Below are positions 60,280 to 64,000 of a DNA stretch of 64,000 bases, one piece after another. The notes below the pieces were generated by a model. It was not told the DNA's origin. It saw only the letters and a list, made by a program, of their open reading frames with translations, and did not search any database. The DNA lies in assembly GCF_009914755.1 (NCBI RefSeq), contig NC_060926.1; one strand, written 5' to 3'. The translations under genes were made by a program, and so were the position numbers. Each line of letters opens with the position of its first letter. Within the stretch, counting starts at the first letter, position 1. The DNA comes from the human T2T-CHM13v2.0 reference genome, Homo sapiens.

Positions 60280-62580
60280 GTTCCTTGCCATAATTTTCTC
60301 CAAAATTTAATTTGAAATTATCTGCATAAAATTTCAAACATAAAACTGTTCTCATGGCAAATAGAATAATATTTTTTTGGTTCCTCATTAGTGGTCTGAC
60401 TTATTTTTATTATTATAATATATAGGAAAAAATACTAAACAACAACAAAACAACAATAAAACTCTTTGAATGTTACAGAGAAAAAAATGACAGTTTCTAC
60501 AAATCAAGCATTTTCATGGATTTTTTTTTTTGAAGTTTCCTTTTGTTTCAAAGGCTCTTTTCCCAAAACAATTGTTTGTATGTTTGCAAAATAATAATTA
60601 ATAGGGAAATATATTTATGCTTGGGGATAAAAATCTACTTATCAACCAGGATTCATCTTTTGTGGTAACAATTATTATAAGAGCTTAAATTACACATTTT
60701 TGACAGAGAATTTAGCTGTTTGGTAGGTAGTTAGAATACATGGAAATTTCCTCCAGCAACATTTGGTGCATCCCTGGTGGCATTAAAAAAAAATCTAGAA
60801 CCTATCTAGGGAGTCATTTGAAATTTGCCCACTAGGAAAATCTGTTTTGTGCAGATTGTGTATTTATTTGAGCAGTAAAACAGATGCAGAGTATATTTTG
60901 CCTTGCACTATTTTTCCTTATGTTTAATTGTAACTTACAGCCAGAAAGAAGATATAAAATACAATCAAAATGGGAGAGAAAAACACATTCAGAAAAGCAA
61001 TTTTGATCATAAGCATGTGGTATCTATAGAAACTGTTATGTTGGAAAAGGGTTTGCCATTTCAGTGATCAAGTTAATGAAGGTATCATTAGATCTCTATT
61101 TTAACACAGCAATTTGTTACATATTACACTTTATGCAGCTAAGCTGTTACATTGCTAATTTAGCTTTTAAGAATATTAAAATCAGAAATTCTTTTATTTT
61201 ATACAGAACAAAAGGAATACTGAATATTTGGGATAACTATTTTTTCTGTTTAGAAACAAGCTACAATGTTGTGGCGAGGTACTTTGATAAACAGATTCCT
61301 CAATAAGAACTGTGAGTTCTGCCTCTTTCATGAAAGGCAGGCATGTTCCATGAGGCTACCAGACCCAGCTACGTCTGGGAGAATATACAGGTGTTAAATT
61401 AGCTAGAGGAAATGTTCTCCAGGTCCTGAAGGCTGATGCACCATATGAAATATTACAGCATTTCTTAAACAACAATAAAAAGCAAGTGAAGTAGGGGCAG
61501 GAAGAGAGAAAGAAAAATAAAAATGTCTAGGTAGTTCAACTCTAAATTATTTTCTAATCATTCATAAGTTTCCATATACCATGAGAACAAATCTCTGGAA
61601 CTATGGATGAGCTTTATTTAGTCTGCATGCAAAATTCTCCAGATTCTGTCAGGAATTATCTAAACCATTACTGAGAGCAAGTCTTTCTGTGCCACAGGCT
61701 CTGTGTTTTCAAGGTGGTGGTGCATTCCAGTTTGAGGGCCCAAGCACTGATCTACCAATGATCTTCACACCCTTATCACCACTATACCAGCATGAGGTAA
61801 AAACTGCATTGTATTATTTTATCATCCTCTTTGTCTTCCTCAGACCAAACACAATGATTTTTCTATAATGCTAAATATTGCATTATATTTATATTTATAT
61901 ATCCTCCTTCAAATTAAGCTCTGTTATACCAATCACCTTCATCATTTTCTAGAGAACATTTCCAGGTAGGTTGCAGTTGGATCTTACAGTTAAATTTAAT
62001 AGCACTATCCATCTAATCAGTTATGTGTAGGTATCACAGGCTTCCCCCTCCTCAGAAAAGGAATGTATTTTCAGAAAAATCAAGAACTATATTTTCCCAT
62101 CTGTGTCTTCATTTCAAAGGACTACTGTAATTTTTTTCAGACATCCTAATTGTTATATATATTTTCTCTCCATTTGGTGCCTCTTTGAAAGAAGGCATAT
62201 TCAACAAGAGTCATCAAGTGAGAGAATTTATATGAGCAAATTATCTAAATTCAGCAATCCAGTCCTACATGCAAATGAGAAGTGGAAAGAATGAACAAAA
62301 TCACACCTTTCAAATTCAAAAGATCCATGAGACAATATGTCTCATATCAGAATTTTAATCCTACCATTACTCTCTCTATTCATGCTCGGGTAATTTGGCT
62401 TTTCCTCTCTCCTTCTTTCTGTAATATTCAGTTGATCCCTTTCATTTCCTCTATTGTGCCTTACCAAGATGGCAAATCCAATGTTCTATTTCTATAAGAT
62501 AAAATTCACTCCTCACTCTTCAACAAGCTCTATCAACATTTTACTCAATCCAAAATGCTCTTCAGAAAACCATATATTAG

Positions 62581-62891
<311 letters not shown>

Positions 62892-63504
62892 TTAGATAGC
62901 CACCATAAAAGAAAGGGACATACTGATTGGAGTTTTGATTTACTGTCCTATTTATTTTTACTGCACAAAGGAAACACTTATTCCTTCCTGTTTTGCATTT
63001 CAGAAGAAAATTCGGGATGGTCCAAATGACAGACTCCAAAATGATTCTGGATATTATGGGCTAAATCTGTAACAATAACACACAACAAACTGAGGACTGA
63101 AAATATAGCTAATAAAGAACTATACTTATTAATCCAATCATCTGCTGTGTCAAGACTGGGTTAGAATAAGGAGTGGATCTGAAAGGAAAATGAAAATACC
63201 CAGGACATCAGAAAATCAAGGGTAAATGAAAAACAAACAAACAAACAATAATTCCCAGGGAATCTTGGAATCACAGAGGATTAGTGGGTGGGGCCTGGGG
63301 AGAATGAAAAAGGATGGGAACCTAACTCCATTTTGAGTGACAATCCGGTCTACTATTCATGACATTTTGTAATGATGCCACTTCTAATTCAAGAGTGAGG
63401 TGATATTACTGCTCCTGACCCTGAAGTCATGATTCATGAGGCTACGGAACAGTTGTTTTTACATAAAACAATAAGATCAATGTCCTTATATAAGACACAC
63501 CAAA

Positions 63505-63639
63505 TCTGTGGCTTCAATGTTAGAAATTTATTTCCTTACAATTCTGGAAGCTGGTATGTCCAAGATCAAGGTGACAGCAGATTTGGTTTCTACTGGGGGA
63601 CCCCTTCCTGTCTTCTTGCAGGCAGCTGTCCTCTTGTGC
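63505..63639 (-). mobile_element. Inverted copy of the 3' part of the adjacent MLT1A-like LTR
   Basis: Reverse complement aligns with 63895-64000. Confidence 0.88.
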
Positions 63640-63680
63640 ATCTTTGTTTCTCAGATTTTAAAGGAACTACTCAAAGAATC

Positions 63681-63839
63681 TGTTATAGACTGGATGTGTC
63701 TTCCCCAAATTCATATGTTGAAGTCTTAAAACCTAGGGCAGCTGTGTCTGGAGACAGACACTTTAAGGATAAATGAAATCATAAAGGTGTGACCCCAATC
63801 CAATAGGATCAATGTCCTTATATAAGACACACCAAAGAG

Positions 63840-63884
<45 letters not shown>

Positions 63885-64000
63885 AGGTGAGAAAGCACAA
63901 GAAGGCAGCTGCCTGCAAGAAGCCAGGAAGAGGTCCCCCAGCAGAAACCGAATCTGCCATCACCTTGATCATTGACATCCCAGCTTCTAGAATTTAAGAA
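63681..64000 (+). mobile_element. MLT1A-like LTR (runs off window), containing (TC)n at 63842-63880
   Basis: tgttatagactggatgtgtcttccccaaattcatatgttgaagtc...gaaggcagctgcctgcaag...caccttgatc. Confidence 0.9.

Overview
AT-rich, CpG-depleted primate genomic DNA, most likely human (AluJ/S/Y, an L1PA2/3-type 3' end, THE1/MST elements). I found no protein-coding gene, tRNA, rRNA, CpG island or recognisable small RNA gene. The listed ORFs are chance ORFs or are read from Alu, L1, MaLR or simple repeats. The window is a mosaic of transposon relics: six Alus, many MIR and L2 fragments, several L1 fragments, two complete MaLR proviruses (THE1D ~30.9-33.2 kb, MSTB ~54.9-57.3 kb), more than a dozen solo LTRs, and hAT/Tigger DNA-transposon fossils. 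LTRs lie on both strands, which fits an intergenic or weakly transcribed region. The most notable observations are four. (i) A ~1.4 kb stretch reads on the minus strand like a decayed Gypsy internal region (Leu-type PBS, gag-like, knuckle, protease-like motif). (ii) At two separate loci a segment of an MLT1 LTR appears copied in inverted orientation nearby, next to a short direct duplication (template-switch signature). (iii) There are two consensus CTCF cores, one in a CpG-retaining patch. (iv) A few well-formed splice-site pairs could be lncRNA exons. I cannot support a new biological system. Repeat family names come from recalled consensus sequences, and boundaries of old repeats are approximate.
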